Assembly (NCBI GenBank): GCA_021154885.1
Contig: JAJKHS010000041.1
Location: forward strand, 66,441 to 130,440
Source of the DNA: Thermoanaerobaculum sp.
Lineage (GTDB): Bacteria > Acidobacteriota > Thermoanaerobaculia > Multivoradales > UBA5704
DNA: 64,000 nucleotides
Direction: 5' to 3'
Shown: positions 9,198 to 17,991 of the stretch, in pieces
Numbering within the stretch: position 1 is the first letter of the stretch
Layout of the letters: each line of letters starts with the position of its first letter
Notes under the pieces: generated by a model
What the model saw: the letters and a program-made list of their open reading frames with translations, nothing else
Databases searched by the model: none
What the model was told of the DNA's origin: nothing
Position numbers and translations under genes: made by a program

Positions 9198-10463
9198 ATG
9201 GCGACCTACCACCTGGATTGCAGCAGCGGTATCGCCGGCGACATGTTCCTCGGCGCCTGTCTCGACCTGGGGATGCCCCTCGACCTGCTCTCCGAAGTCG
9301 TGGCCCGCCTGGGCCTGCCGGGAGTCGCGGTCGAGAGCCGCAAGGCCTCCCGGGGCGGCTTCGTGGGGACCCGCTTTCGTGTCCTGGTGGACGGCCGGCC
9401 GCTCGAGGGGCCGGACCCGGAGGAGCACGATCACGATCATCACCATCATCACGGACATGAGCACGGACATGAGCATGGACATGACCACGGACACAACCGG
9501 GGGCTGACAGAGATCCGCGGGCTGATCGGGCGTAGCGCGCTCTCCCCGGTAGTGAAGGATCGGGCCGTGCGCCTGTTCCAGCGGTTGGGGGAGGCCGAGG
9601 CCAGGGCGCACGGCATGCCCCTGGAGCACGTCCACTTCCACGAGGTGGGGGCAATCGACTCGATCGTCGACCTGGTGGGAGCCGCGGCGGCGGTCGAGCA
9701 CCTGGCTCCGGAGCGGATCACCTGCGGCCCGGTGAACGTCGGCAGCGGCCGGGTGAGGATGGCCCACGGCGAGGTGCCCATCCCGGCACCGGCCACGGCC
9801 GAGCTGCTGCGCGGCGCGCCCATCTTCGGCGGCCCGGGCGGGGAGCTGACGACGCCCACCGGCGCCGTGCTCCTGGCCGAGCTGGTGACGGACTATGTGG
9901 ACCTGCCGGCCATGGTCCTGGACGGCACGGGCTACGGACTGGGGAAGAAGGACCTGCCGCACCAGCCCAATGCCCTGCGCCTCCTCCAGGGAAGGGCGGC
10001 GGCGGAGCGCGCGGAGGTCATGCGCTCCGAGGTCATGATCATGGAGGCCGAGATCGACGACCTGCCGGGGGAGGGCTTTGGCTTTCTCATGGAGCGCCTG
10101 CTGGCGGCCGGGGCCCTGGACGTCTACTTCACATCGGTTCAGATGAAGAAGAACCGGCCGGGCACCCTGGTGACCCTCCTCTGCCGGCGGCCGCAGCTCG
10201 ACGAGCTGGCGGGCGTCCTCCTCACCGAGTCCGGCTCCCTGGGCTGCCGCTACCACGCGGCGGCCCGCCTGGAGGCGGAGCGGGAAATACTGGAGGTCCA
10301 GACCACGTTCGGAATCGTGCGGGTGAAGCGAGCCCGGCTCGCCGGCCGGCCCCTCGCCGCCGCCCCCGAATTCGAAGACTGCCGGCGTCTGGCCCTGGCG
10401 AGCGGCGTGCCCTGGCGGGACGTCTACCGCGCCGCCCTGGCAGCGGCCGGCGCGCCTGGATAG
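9198..10463 (+). CDS. larC: Nickel-pincer cofactor biosynthesis protein LarC
   Basis: SGIAGDM, His-rich insert, HFHEVGAIDS, ELTTPTGA, MKKNRPG. Confidence 0.93.
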   Translation: MATYHLDCSSGIAGDMFLGACLDLGMPLDLLSEVVARLGLPGVAVESRKASRGGFVGTRFRVLVDGRPLEGPDPEEHDHDHHHHHGHEHGHEHGHDHGHNRGLTEIRGLIGRSALSPVVKDRAVRLFQRLGEAEARAHGMPLEHVHFHEVGAIDSIVDLVGAAAAVEHLAPERITCGPVNVGSGRVRMAHGEVPIPAPATAELLRGAPIFGGPGGELTTPTGAVLLAELVTDYVDLPAMVLDGTGYGLGKKDLPHQPNALRLLQGRAAAERAEVMRSEVMIMEAEIDDLPGEGFGFLMERLLAAGALDVYFTSVQMKKNRPGTLVTLLCRRPQLDELAGVLLTESGSLGCRYHAAARLEAEREILEVQTTFGIVRVKRARLAGRPLAAAPEFEDCRRLALASGVPWRDVYRAALAAAGAPG

Positions 10464-10490
10464 CCAAGCTCCCGACTGGAGAAACACACC

Positions 10491-11372
10491 TTGAGTGAAA
10501 TGGCAACCTCCGCCCAGGGGCGGCTGGAGCTCGGCATGGCCGGCGACGGCGCCTTCCGCTGGGCGGTCGTGGATCTGACCGACATCGTGCAGGAGGCGCG
10601 GGACCGCCGCGACCTGGGCCCGGTGTCGACGGCGGCCCTGGGCCGCTGCATGGCCGGCGCCGCCCTGCTGCTGCGCCTGGCGACGAAGACCCCCAGCCGC
10701 CTCGCCGTGGAGGTGCGCGGCGACGGTCCCATCCTGCGGGTGCTGGCCGAGGCCGACAAGGAAGGCAATCTGCGCGGTCTGGTGGGCGAGCCGCGGGTGG
10801 ACGTGCCGCACCTGCCCAACACCAAGCTCGCCGTCGGCCACGCGGTGGGGAAAGGCTATCTGCGCATCCTGCGCGAGTACGAGGGACGCCGCGGCTACCA
10901 CAGCCAGGTCGAGCTGGTGACCGGCGAGATCGGCGACGACCTCGCCCACTACCTCGAGCAGAGCGAGCAGATCCGTTCGGCCGTGCTGCTGGGCGTCCTC
11001 GGCAAGCCCCAGGGTGTCGCGGCGGCCGGCGGCATGATCGTCGAGGTCCTCCCCGACGCGCCGGAGGAGGCCATCGCCCGGCTGGAGGAGAACATCGCCG
11101 GCATCCGGGGAGTGAGCGAGCTGCTGGAGACCGGCGGCATCCCTCACGTGGTGGAGACGGTCCTCGCCGGGCTCGACCGCGAGCTGAAGGAGACCGCTCC
11201 CCTGCGGTACGGTTGCCGGTGCAGCCGCGAGAAGCTGCTCCATCACCTGGTGCTCCTCACGGACGACGACCGCGACTACCTGCGACGCGAGGACGGCACT
11301 ATCGACGCCGACTGCGTCTTCTGCGGCGAGCATTACGTATACACGCCCGAGGAGCTGGCCCCGCAAGGTTGA
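10491..11372 (+). CDS. hslO: Redox-regulated chaperone Hsp33
   Basis: YLEQSEQ, C-terminal CRC...CVFC zinc motif. Confidence 0.93.
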   Translation: MSEMATSAQGRLELGMAGDGAFRWAVVDLTDIVQEARDRRDLGPVSTAALGRCMAGAALLLRLATKTPSRLAVEVRGDGPILRVLAEADKEGNLRGLVGEPRVDVPHLPNTKLAVGHAVGKGYLRILREYEGRRGYHSQVELVTGEIGDDLAHYLEQSEQIRSAVLLGVLGKPQGVAAAGGMIVEVLPDAPEEAIARLEENIAGIRGVSELLETGGIPHVVETVLAGLDRELKETAPLRYGCRCSREKLLHHLVLLTDDDRDYLRREDGTIDADCVFCGEHYVYTPEELAPQG

Positions 11373-11422
11373 GCTCCAGAGATAGGCGCTAACTTAGCCT
11401 CGGACCGCCCCCCGCCCCGAAG

Positions 11423-11568
11423 CCCTCACCCCTGTCCCCTCTCCCGCCCCCTCGCCACCCCCCTCCCCGGGAGAGGGGGACCCGGTTGGAGCGCTCTTGC
11501 TGGTCTCCCTCTTCTCCCGGTGAGGGGGGTTGGGAGGGGGCGGGAGAAGAGGGCCGGGGTGATGAGGG
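11423..11568. repeat. GC-rich palindromic intergenic repeat (CCCTCACCCC...GGGAGAGGG type)
   Basis: Two imperfect hairpins, flanked by CCCTCACCCC and GGGGTGATGAGGG. Confidence 0.7.
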
Positions 11569-11653
11569 TCTTGGGCGGGGGCGCTCGGAGGTAAGGTCAA
11601 CGCCTATGGGGTTGATCCCCGAGGCATGAGCGCCTGATACAATCGCCCGCTCC

Positions 11654-13573
11654 ATGAGCTCCTTCTATCTCACCACCCCGATCTACTACGTCAACGGCCC
11701 GCCTCACCTCGGGCACATGTACACCACCATCGTGGGCGACACCCTCGTGCGCTACCGGCGCATGGCGGGCGACGCGACCTACTTCCTCACCGGCACCGAC
11801 GAGCACGGCCAGAACATCGAGCGGGCGGCCCACAAGGAGGGGATCGAGCCCATCGAGCTCGCCGACCGCATCGTGGCCGAGTATGTCCGCCTGCGCGGCC
11901 GGCTGGGCTTCTCCTACGACGACTTCATCCGCACCACCGAGGAGCGCCACCGCTGGGGAGTCGAGGAGATCATCCGCCGCATCGAGGCCGCCGGCGACCT
12001 CTACACGGCTGTCCACGAGGGGTGGTACTGCTCGCCCTGCGAGACCTTCTACACCGAGAAGGAGCTGGGACCAGGGAAGACCTGCCCGGTGCACGGCACG
12101 CCGGTGGAGTGGAAGTCGGAGGAGAACGTCTTTTTCCGGCTCTCCAAGTACCAGCAGCCGCTGCTTGACCTCTACCGGCAGCACCCCGATTTCGTCCGTC
12201 CGGCCACGCGCCTGAACGAGGTGCGCTCGTTCGTGGAGTCGGGGCTGCGCGACCTCTCCGTCTCGCGGGCCAGCGTGGAGTGGGGGATCCCGTTCCCCGG
12301 CCGGCCCGGACAGACGGTCTACGTCTGGCTCGACGCCCTCATCAACTACGTCAGCGCCTTAGGCTTCGGCGGCCCCTCGACCGCCCTCTACGAGCGCTTC
12401 TGGGAGCGCGGCGACACCCGCCTCCACCTGGTGGGCAAGGACATCCTCCGCCACCACGCCGTCTACTGGCCGGCCTTCCTGCTCTCCGCCGGCCTGCCGC
12501 TTCCCACCAGGGTGTGGGCTCACGGCTGGTGGCACCGGGACGGCCGCAAGATGTCCAAGTCGCAGGGCAACGTCGTCCGCCCCGACGACCTCGTCGACCG
12601 CTTCGGCGCCGACGCCGTGCGCTATTTCCTGCTGCGGGAGATGGTCTTCGGCCAGGACGCGAGCTTCTCGGACGAGGCGTTCATCGACCGCTACAACAGC
12701 GACCTGGCGAACGACCTGGGCAACACCGTCTCCCGCGTCGTGACCCTGGCGCGCAAGGCCTTCGACGGCAGGACGCCGCCGGAACGCTGCGAAGACAACC
12801 TGCTGATCGCTGTGGCCCGGCAGACCGCCGCCGACTATCGCGCGGCCATGGAGGAGCTCGCCTTCAGCCGCGCCCTGGAGGCCCTCTGGCGGCTGCTGGC
12901 CGAGGCCAACCAGTATCTGGTGGTCCGGGAGCCGTGGAAGCTGATCAAGACCGAGGGAGCGACGGAGCAACTGTCGCGGGTGCTGTGGAACGGCCTCGAA
13001 GCCGTACGGATCGTCGCCACCGGCCTCCTCCCCTTCATGCCGCGGGTGGCCGCCGAGGTCCTGGCGGCGGTGGGCTCGGCCGAGCCGCCCGCCAGCCTCG
13101 ACGCCCTGGCCTGGGGCGGCACGCCCACTAACGCCGAGCTGCCCGAGCCCAAGCCACTGTTCCCGCGCATCGACAAGGAGGCCTACCTCGCCGAGGGAAA
13201 GGCTTCGGAGAAAGAGACGACCATGGAGACCGCCGCCCCCGAGACGTCCCGCATCTCGATCGATCAGTTTTTCCAGGCCGAGCTCAAGGTGGCCACGGTC
13301 CTGGCCGCCGAGCCCGTGCCGAAGTCCAACAAGTTGCTGAAGCTCTCTGTGGACGTGGGAGAGGGGACGCCGCGCACCCTCGTCGCCGGCATCGCCTTGG
13401 CCTACCGGCCGGAGGAGCTGGTGGGCAAGCAGGTGGTGGTGGTGGCCAACCTCCAGCCGGCCAAGCTGATGGGGGTCGAATCGAACGGCATGGTCCTGGC
13501 CGCCTCCCTGGACGGCAAGCCGGTGCTGCTGCATCCGGCGGCCCCGGTGCCCAACGGTACGCGAGTGAAGTGA
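11654..13573 (+). CDS. metG: Methionine--tRNA ligase with C-terminal tRNA-binding domain
   Basis: HLGH, GTDEHG, KMSKS, C-terminal OB fold (NLQPAKLMG). Confidence 0.97.
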   Translation: MSSFYLTTPIYYVNGPPHLGHMYTTIVGDTLVRYRRMAGDATYFLTGTDEHGQNIERAAHKEGIEPIELADRIVAEYVRLRGRLGFSYDDFIRTTEERHRWGVEEIIRRIEAAGDLYTAVHEGWYCSPCETFYTEKELGPGKTCPVHGTPVEWKSEENVFFRLSKYQQPLLDLYRQHPDFVRPATRLNEVRSFVESGLRDLSVSRASVEWGIPFPGRPGQTVYVWLDALINYVSALGFGGPSTALYERFWERGDTRLHLVGKDILRHHAVYWPAFLLSAGLPLPTRVWAHGWWHRDGRKMSKSQGNVVRPDDLVDRFGADAVRYFLLREMVFGQDASFSDEAFIDRYNSDLANDLGNTVSRVVTLARKAFDGRTPPERCEDNLLIAVARQTAADYRAAMEELAFSRALEALWRLLAEANQYLVVREPWKLIKTEGATEQLSRVLWNGLEAVRIVATGLLPFMPRVAAEVLAAVGSAEPPASLDALAWGGTPTNAELPEPKPLFPRIDKEAYLAEGKASEKETTMETAAPETSRISIDQFFQAELKVATVLAAEPVPKSNKLLKLSVDVGEGTPRTLVAGIALAYRPEELVGKQVVVVANLQPAKLMGVESNGMVLAASLDGKPVLLHPAAPVPNGTRVK

Positions 13574-14394
13574 GCGATCTCTCCGGCCCCATCGACTCGC
13601 ACTGCCACCTCCAGAACCTGCCGCCCGACGAGCGCGAACGCGCCCTCGACGCGGCCCGGGAGCGGGGAGTGCGGGGGTTCCTCGTCCCCGCCACGAAGCT
13701 GAACGAGGCGGAGGAGATCCTCGCCTTCTGCCACCGCCACGCAGACGTCTGGTGCGCCCTGGGCACCCATCCCCACGACGCCTCGTCCTGGCAGGACGGC
13801 GACGTGGATCGTCTCCGCTCCTTCCTTGCCGATCCCAAGGCCGTGGCGGTGGGGGAGTGCGGCCTCGACTTCTACTACGACTACTCTCCACGGGAGGCTC
13901 AGCTCAGGGCGCTACGCGAGCAGTGGGAGCTGGCGATCGATCTCGGCCTTCCTGTGGTGGTCCACAACCGCGACAGCAATGAGGAGATGCTGGACGTCGT
14001 CCGCGAAGACGCCTTCCACGAGCTCCAGGCCGATTTCCACTCCTTCGCGGGCGGGCTCGCCATGGGCCGGGAGCTGATCGAGCGCGGCTTCTATCTGGGC
14101 CTCTCGGGAATGATCACGTTCCCGAAGGCCGACAACGTCCGGGAGGTGATCCCCATCCTGCCGCCGGATCGCTGTCTGGTGGAGACCGACACGCCGTACC
14201 TCGCGCCGGTGCCCTATCGCGGCAAACCCAACTGCCCCGCCTACGTGGTGGAGATCGCGGAGCGGCTGGCCCGGGAGATGGGGGAAAGCTTCAAAGAGGT
14301 CTGCCGGCGGACGGGGGAGAATTTCTACAAGCTGTTTTGGAAGGCCAAGTCGCGCCGCATCCTGGGGCAGAAGGCCCAGACTGCATACCAATGA
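13570..14394 (+). CDS. tatD: TatD-family hydrolase
   Basis: DSHCH, HPH, GECGLD, ETDTPY. Confidence 0.95.
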   Translation: MSDLSGPIDSHCHLQNLPPDERERALDAARERGVRGFLVPATKLNEAEEILAFCHRHADVWCALGTHPHDASSWQDGDVDRLRSFLADPKAVAVGECGLDFYYDYSPREAQLRALREQWELAIDLGLPVVVHNRDSNEEMLDVVREDAFHELQADFHSFAGGLAMGRELIERGFYLGLSGMITFPKADNVREVIPILPPDRCLVETDTPYLAPVPYRGKPNCPAYVVEIAERLAREMGESFKEVCRRTGENFYKLFWKAKSRRILGQKAQTAYQ

Positions 14395-14445
14395 CGCTCC
14401 CAGGAATATACAAGAGCGGGTCACATTTTATGCTATCCTCGCCCT

Positions 14446-14658
14446 ATGCGACGCACATCTCTGGAGATCGACGAGGAGCGGCTCGCTCGTGCCCAGCGGG
14501 CGCTGGGCACGACGGGGATCAAGGAAACCATCGATCGGGCCCTGGATGAAGTCGTCCGCGCCGATCTGCGTCGCCGTCTTGCCAAGCGCGTCCGATCAGG
14601 CAAGGGGATTGACCGCGGCGACGAGGTGCTCGAGGCCAGCCGCCGGTGGCAGCGTTGA
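14446..14658 (+). CDS. vapB: VapB-family antitoxin
   Basis: RTSLEIDEE.L..A...LGT...KETIDRAL. Confidence 0.88.
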   Translation: MRRTSLEIDEERLARAQRALGTTGIKETIDRALDEVVRADLRRRLAKRVRSGKGIDRGDEVLEASRRWQR

Positions 14659-15071
14659 CTCTCTACCTCGCCGACACCAGCGCCTGGCACCGCGCAAAGC
14701 ATCCCGCGATTGCGGCGGCTTGGGAGCAACGGCTGGCGAGCGATATTCTTGCCACTTGCACGCAGGTCCGCCTGGAGATCCTGTACTCCGCCCGCAGCGC
14801 CGCCGACTACGAGCAGCTCAGCGCCGAGCTCCTCGCTCTCCATCAGCTTCCGTGCGGCGCGGATCAGTTCGAGCGAGCCCTCGAGGTTCAGCACAGGCTG
14901 GCCAGGCGAGGCGGGCTCCACCATCGCAGCGTCAAAATCCCTGATCTCCTCATCGCTGCCACCGCCGAGGTGGCGGGGGCGGTCCTCTGGCATTACGACG
15001 AGGACTACGATCGGATTGCCCAAATCACTGGGCAGCACGTGGAGTGGATTGCCCCTCGCGGATCTCTCTAA
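14646..15071 (+). CDS. vapC: VapC PIN-domain toxin
   Basis: YLADTSAW, LEILYSAR, DLLIAATA, HYDEDYD. Confidence 0.92.
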   Translation: MAALTLYLADTSAWHRAKHPAIAAAWEQRLASDILATCTQVRLEILYSARSAADYEQLSAELLALHQLPCGADQFERALEVQHRLARRGGLHHRSVKIPDLLIAATAEVAGAVLWHYDEDYDRIAQITGQHVEWIAPRGSL

Positions 15072-15193
15072 GCATCCTCCGCTCTCAAGAATTTCTTCCG
15101 CCTGTTCCGCAAGGCGAGATCCCCAGTGGGATGAGGGGAAAAGCAGCGCTGGAGCGTTCTCCTTCCGTCGTGCTCAAAGAAAGGAGACAGCCG

Positions 15194-15409
15194 ATGAACA
15201 AAGCCCTCCGCCTCGCCCTCCTGCTCTCCCTGACCGCCCTCGCTTCGTGGACCTCTACCCCTAAGGCCGCTTACGCCCTGCCGACTTGCAACAACCTTCA
15301 AGGCTTCCACTGTTTCCCGCCCAGATCCATTCAGTGCAATTGGATCGGTGGGGGCGGGGCCGGATTCTGTACCTGCGATTCCGAAACTTCCACATGGGAT
15401 TGCTTCTGA
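15194..15409 (+). CDS. Small secreted six-cysteine peptide
   Basis: SD AAGGAG; signal peptide ending AYA; mature part with 6 Cys. Confidence 0.75.
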   Translation: MNKALRLALLLSLTALASWTSTPKAAYALPTCNNLQGFHCFPPRSIQCNWIGGGGAGFCTCDSETSTWDCF

Positions 15410-15528
15410 GCCTGCTCCGGAGCTCCCTCCAGGTCCTCACGGTTTTGGGGGGAGCCGTTCACGCCGGATGGTGCCCACCACGTCGTCCTCGGCTTGACTT
15501 AGTCCGCGGCTGAGTCCACTGTTCGCGC

Positions 15529-15761
15529 ATGCATGAGGTCAACGTCCACGAAGCGCCAAGACCCACCTTTCGCGGCTGCTGATGCGCGTGGCACAGGGCG
15601 AAGAGATCGTCATCGCGCGAGCCGGCAAGCCCATCGTCCGCCTCGTCCCGGTCGAGCCGAAACCGCGCCGGATCCTGGGACAGGATGAAGGACTTTTTGA
15701 AGTTCCTGACGACTTCGATGCCCCTCTGCCGACGGACCTGCAAGCCTACTTCGAGACGTGA
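15529..15761 (+). pseudogene. Phd/YefM-family antitoxin, frameshifted
   Basis: MHEVNVHEA / KTHLSRLL..V.QGEEIVIARAGKPIVRLVP..VPDDFDAPLP, with 2 extra nt at ~15553. Confidence 0.8.
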
Positions 15762-15790
15762 GAATCCTGCTCCTCGACGCCGGGCACGGG
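15758..15790 (+). pseudogene. N-terminal stub of a PIN/VapC toxin
   Basis: GTGA overlap, VRILLLDA, then no PIN similarity. Confidence 0.45.
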
Positions 15791-15911
15791 ATTGGACTCG
15801 CGAGACGCCAGACTCGCGAGTCAAGTTCTCCGGAACTCGGATGAGGTCGTCAGGCGGCTCATCGGTCATGTCCGACGGGAGATCTGTCGTGTCCGATCTC
15901 CCATCTACCAC

Positions 15912-16362
15912 GTCCGGTGAGTCATGGGGCACGCCCGGCGTCTCGTCGGGCACGCCCGGCGTCTCGTCTGCCCTGTCCGCTGTGAGATCTTCCCTGCCCG
16001 ACCTTCCACCTGCCCTGTCCGGTGAGTCCTCGGGCACGTCCTGCGTCTCGTCGGGCACGCCCGGCGTCTCGCCTGCCCTGTCCGCTGTGAGACCTTCCCT
16101 GCCCGACCTTCCACCTGCCCTGTCCGGTGAGCCCTCGGGCACGTCTTGCGTCTCGTCGGGCACGCCCGGCGTCTCGTCTGCCCTGTCCGCTGTGAGACCT
16201 TCCCTGCCCGACCTTCCACCTGCCACGTCCGGTGAGTCCTCGGGCACGTCCTGCGTCTCGTCGGGCACGCCCGGCGTCTCGTCTGCCCTGTCCGCTGTGA
16301 GACCTTCCCTGCCCGACCTTCCACCTGCCCTGTCCGGTGAGCCATCGGGCACGTCCTGCGTC
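15912..16362. repeat. Tandem array, 105-bp unit (5 x 21 bp), ~4.3 copies
   Basis: GTCCGGTGAG recurs at 15912, 16017, 16122, 16227 and 16332. Confidence 0.95.
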
Positions 16363-16384
16363 ACGAGCGCAGTATGATGCACGG

Positions 16385-16600
16385 ATGGTGATCGACCCGC
16401 GGAATCTCGAAGTCGTGGACGACGAGATGGCGCAGGTCTTCCGTGCCATGACCGGAGCCCAGCGCCTGAAGATCGCAAGCGACCTCTTCCGGTCCGCCCG
16501 GGGCATGATCGCCAGCCAGCTCACCGCCGAGCACCCGGACTGGGATGAGCGGCGCCTTCAGGAAGAAGTGGCGAGGAGAATCTCCCATGGAGCAGTCTGA
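16385..16600 (+). CDS. Small protein paired with a nucleotidyltransferase (antitoxin-like)
   Basis: RAMTGAQRLKIA..L pattern; overlaps next gene; TATGAT 6 nt before ATG. Confidence 0.7.
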   Translation: MVIDPRNLEVVDDEMAQVFRAMTGAQRLKIASDLFRSARGMIASQLTAEHPDWDERRLQEEVARRISHGAV

Positions 16601-17147
16601 GCTGCTCCACTTCGTCGTCGACGCTCTTGAGAGGATCGGCCTGCGGTACTTCGTGACCGGGTCGATGGCCACCATCTTCTTCGGCGAGCCCCGCTTCACC
16701 AACGACATCGACGTCGTCGTGGACCTTCCCGCGGACAAGATCGCTCAGCTCTGCGCGGCCTTTCCGTCGCCGGACTTCTATCTGAGCGAGGAGACGGTCC
16801 GCCGGGCGGTTTCGCGGCGGGGGCAGTTCAACGTTATCCACCCGTCCTCCGGCCTCAAGGTGGACATGATGGTTCCAGCCGACTCACCCTTCAACCGGAG
16901 CCGCTTCGCGAGAGCGAAGAAGATCAGGCCGTCGCCTGATTTCGATGCGACCTTCTCCTCGGCCGAGGACGTCATCCTCAAGAAGATGGAGGCCTACCGC
17001 GAGGGCGGCTCCGAGAAACACCTGCGCGACATCGCAGGCGTCCTGAAGATCAGCGGCGCACACATTGACCGCGGCTATCTTGAGGCTTGGGCGGACCGGC
17101 TGGGAATCGCGGAGATCTGGCGGGAGATCCTGAAGCGGGAGGGATAG
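16587..17147 (+). CDS. Nucleotidyltransferase-fold protein
   Basis: GSMA..FGEPRFTNDIDVV, EDVILKK, KHLRDI. Confidence 0.82.
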   Translation: MEQSELLHFVVDALERIGLRYFVTGSMATIFFGEPRFTNDIDVVVDLPADKIAQLCAAFPSPDFYLSEETVRRAVSRRGQFNVIHPSSGLKVDMMVPADSPFNRSRFARAKKIRPSPDFDATFSSAEDVILKKMEAYREGGSEKHLRDIAGVLKISGAHIDRGYLEAWADRLGIAEIWREILKREG

Positions 17148-17161
17148 GGCGGCTGATTTGT

Positions 17162-17923
17162 CTACACCGGGTTCGGCACGTCGATGAACTCGGCCTCGAT
17201 GCCGAACTTCTCCGCCAGATGCTCGCCCAGGGCGCGGACGCCCAGCCTCTCGGTCGCGTAGTGGCCGGCGGCGAGGTAGTGGACCCCGGCCTCGCGGGCC
17301 ACGTTCATGATCCACTCGGAGACCTCGCCCGTAATGTAGGCGTCCAGTCCGTCCTCGATGGCGTCGTAGAACTCCCGCTGGGCGCCGCCGCTGATGATGC
17401 CCAGCGACTGGAGGGGATCGGGGCCGGCGAGGAAGGCGAGCGGCTCCTGACCGTAGATCCGCCGGCAGCGGTGCAGCAGCTCCGCCGCGGCGATGGGCTC
17501 CGGGAAGCGCCCCTTGAAGCCGACCGGCAGCCCCTCGTGCAGGCCGAAGGGCTCGAGGTCCGTGAGGCCGAAGGCGCGGCCGGCCACGACGTTGTTCCCC
17601 AGGTCGGCGTGCCGGTCCAGCGGAAGGTGGTAGGCGATCAGGCTCATCTCCCCCCGGATCAGCTCGGAGACGCGGCGGAACTGGAACCCGGTCAACGTCC
17701 GCGGCATCCCCTCCCAGAACAGCCCGTGGTGCACGAGCACGGCGTCCGCCCCGGCCTCGCGGGCGCGGACGAACAGCTCGTGGCAGGCCGAGACGCCGGT
17801 GACGACCTTGCGGATTTCGTCCTTCCCCTCCACCTGGAGACCGTTGGGGCCGTAGTCCCGCCCCCGGGATGCGTCGAGGTACTGGTCGAGATAGGCGACG
17901 AGGTCATGGCGGCGAATGGGCAT
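17162..17923 (-). CDS. Nif3/YbgI-like dinuclear metal-centre protein
   Basis: NGLQVEG, VHHG, YHLPLD.H, GHYATE. Confidence 0.93.
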   Translation of the reverse strand: MPIRRHDLVAYLDQYLDASRGRDYGPNGLQVEGKDEIRKVVTGVSACHELFVRAREAGADAVLVHHGLFWEGMPRTLTGFQFRRVSELIRGEMSLIAYHLPLDRHADLGNNVVAGRAFGLTDLEPFGLHEGLPVGFKGRFPEPIAAAELLHRCRRIYGQEPLAFLAGPDPLQSLGIISGGAQREFYDAIEDGLDAYITGEVSEWIMNVAREAGVHYLAAGHYATERLGVRALGEHLAEKFGIEAEFIDVPNPV

Positions 17924-17936
17924 GGTGCGAGTCTAT

Positions 17937-17962
17937 AAAAAAAGGCGACCCGAAGGTCGCCT
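17937..17962 (-). terminator. Intrinsic terminator of pnp
   Basis: AGGCGACC-UUCG-GGTCGCCT hairpin followed by a U run on the minus strand. Confidence 0.85.
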
Positions 17963-17991
17963 CGTTCATCGCTTGGAGAGGGAGAGATAGG

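Noticed and set aside
15912-16362. CRISPR array
   Set aside because: Units are contiguous near-identical repeats with no unique spacers, and no cas genes are present.
15459-16478. 339-aa minus-strand repeat protein (and 15685-16377 on plus)
   Set aside because: No SD or credible start, overlaps real genes, and openness is explained by the stop-poor repeat.
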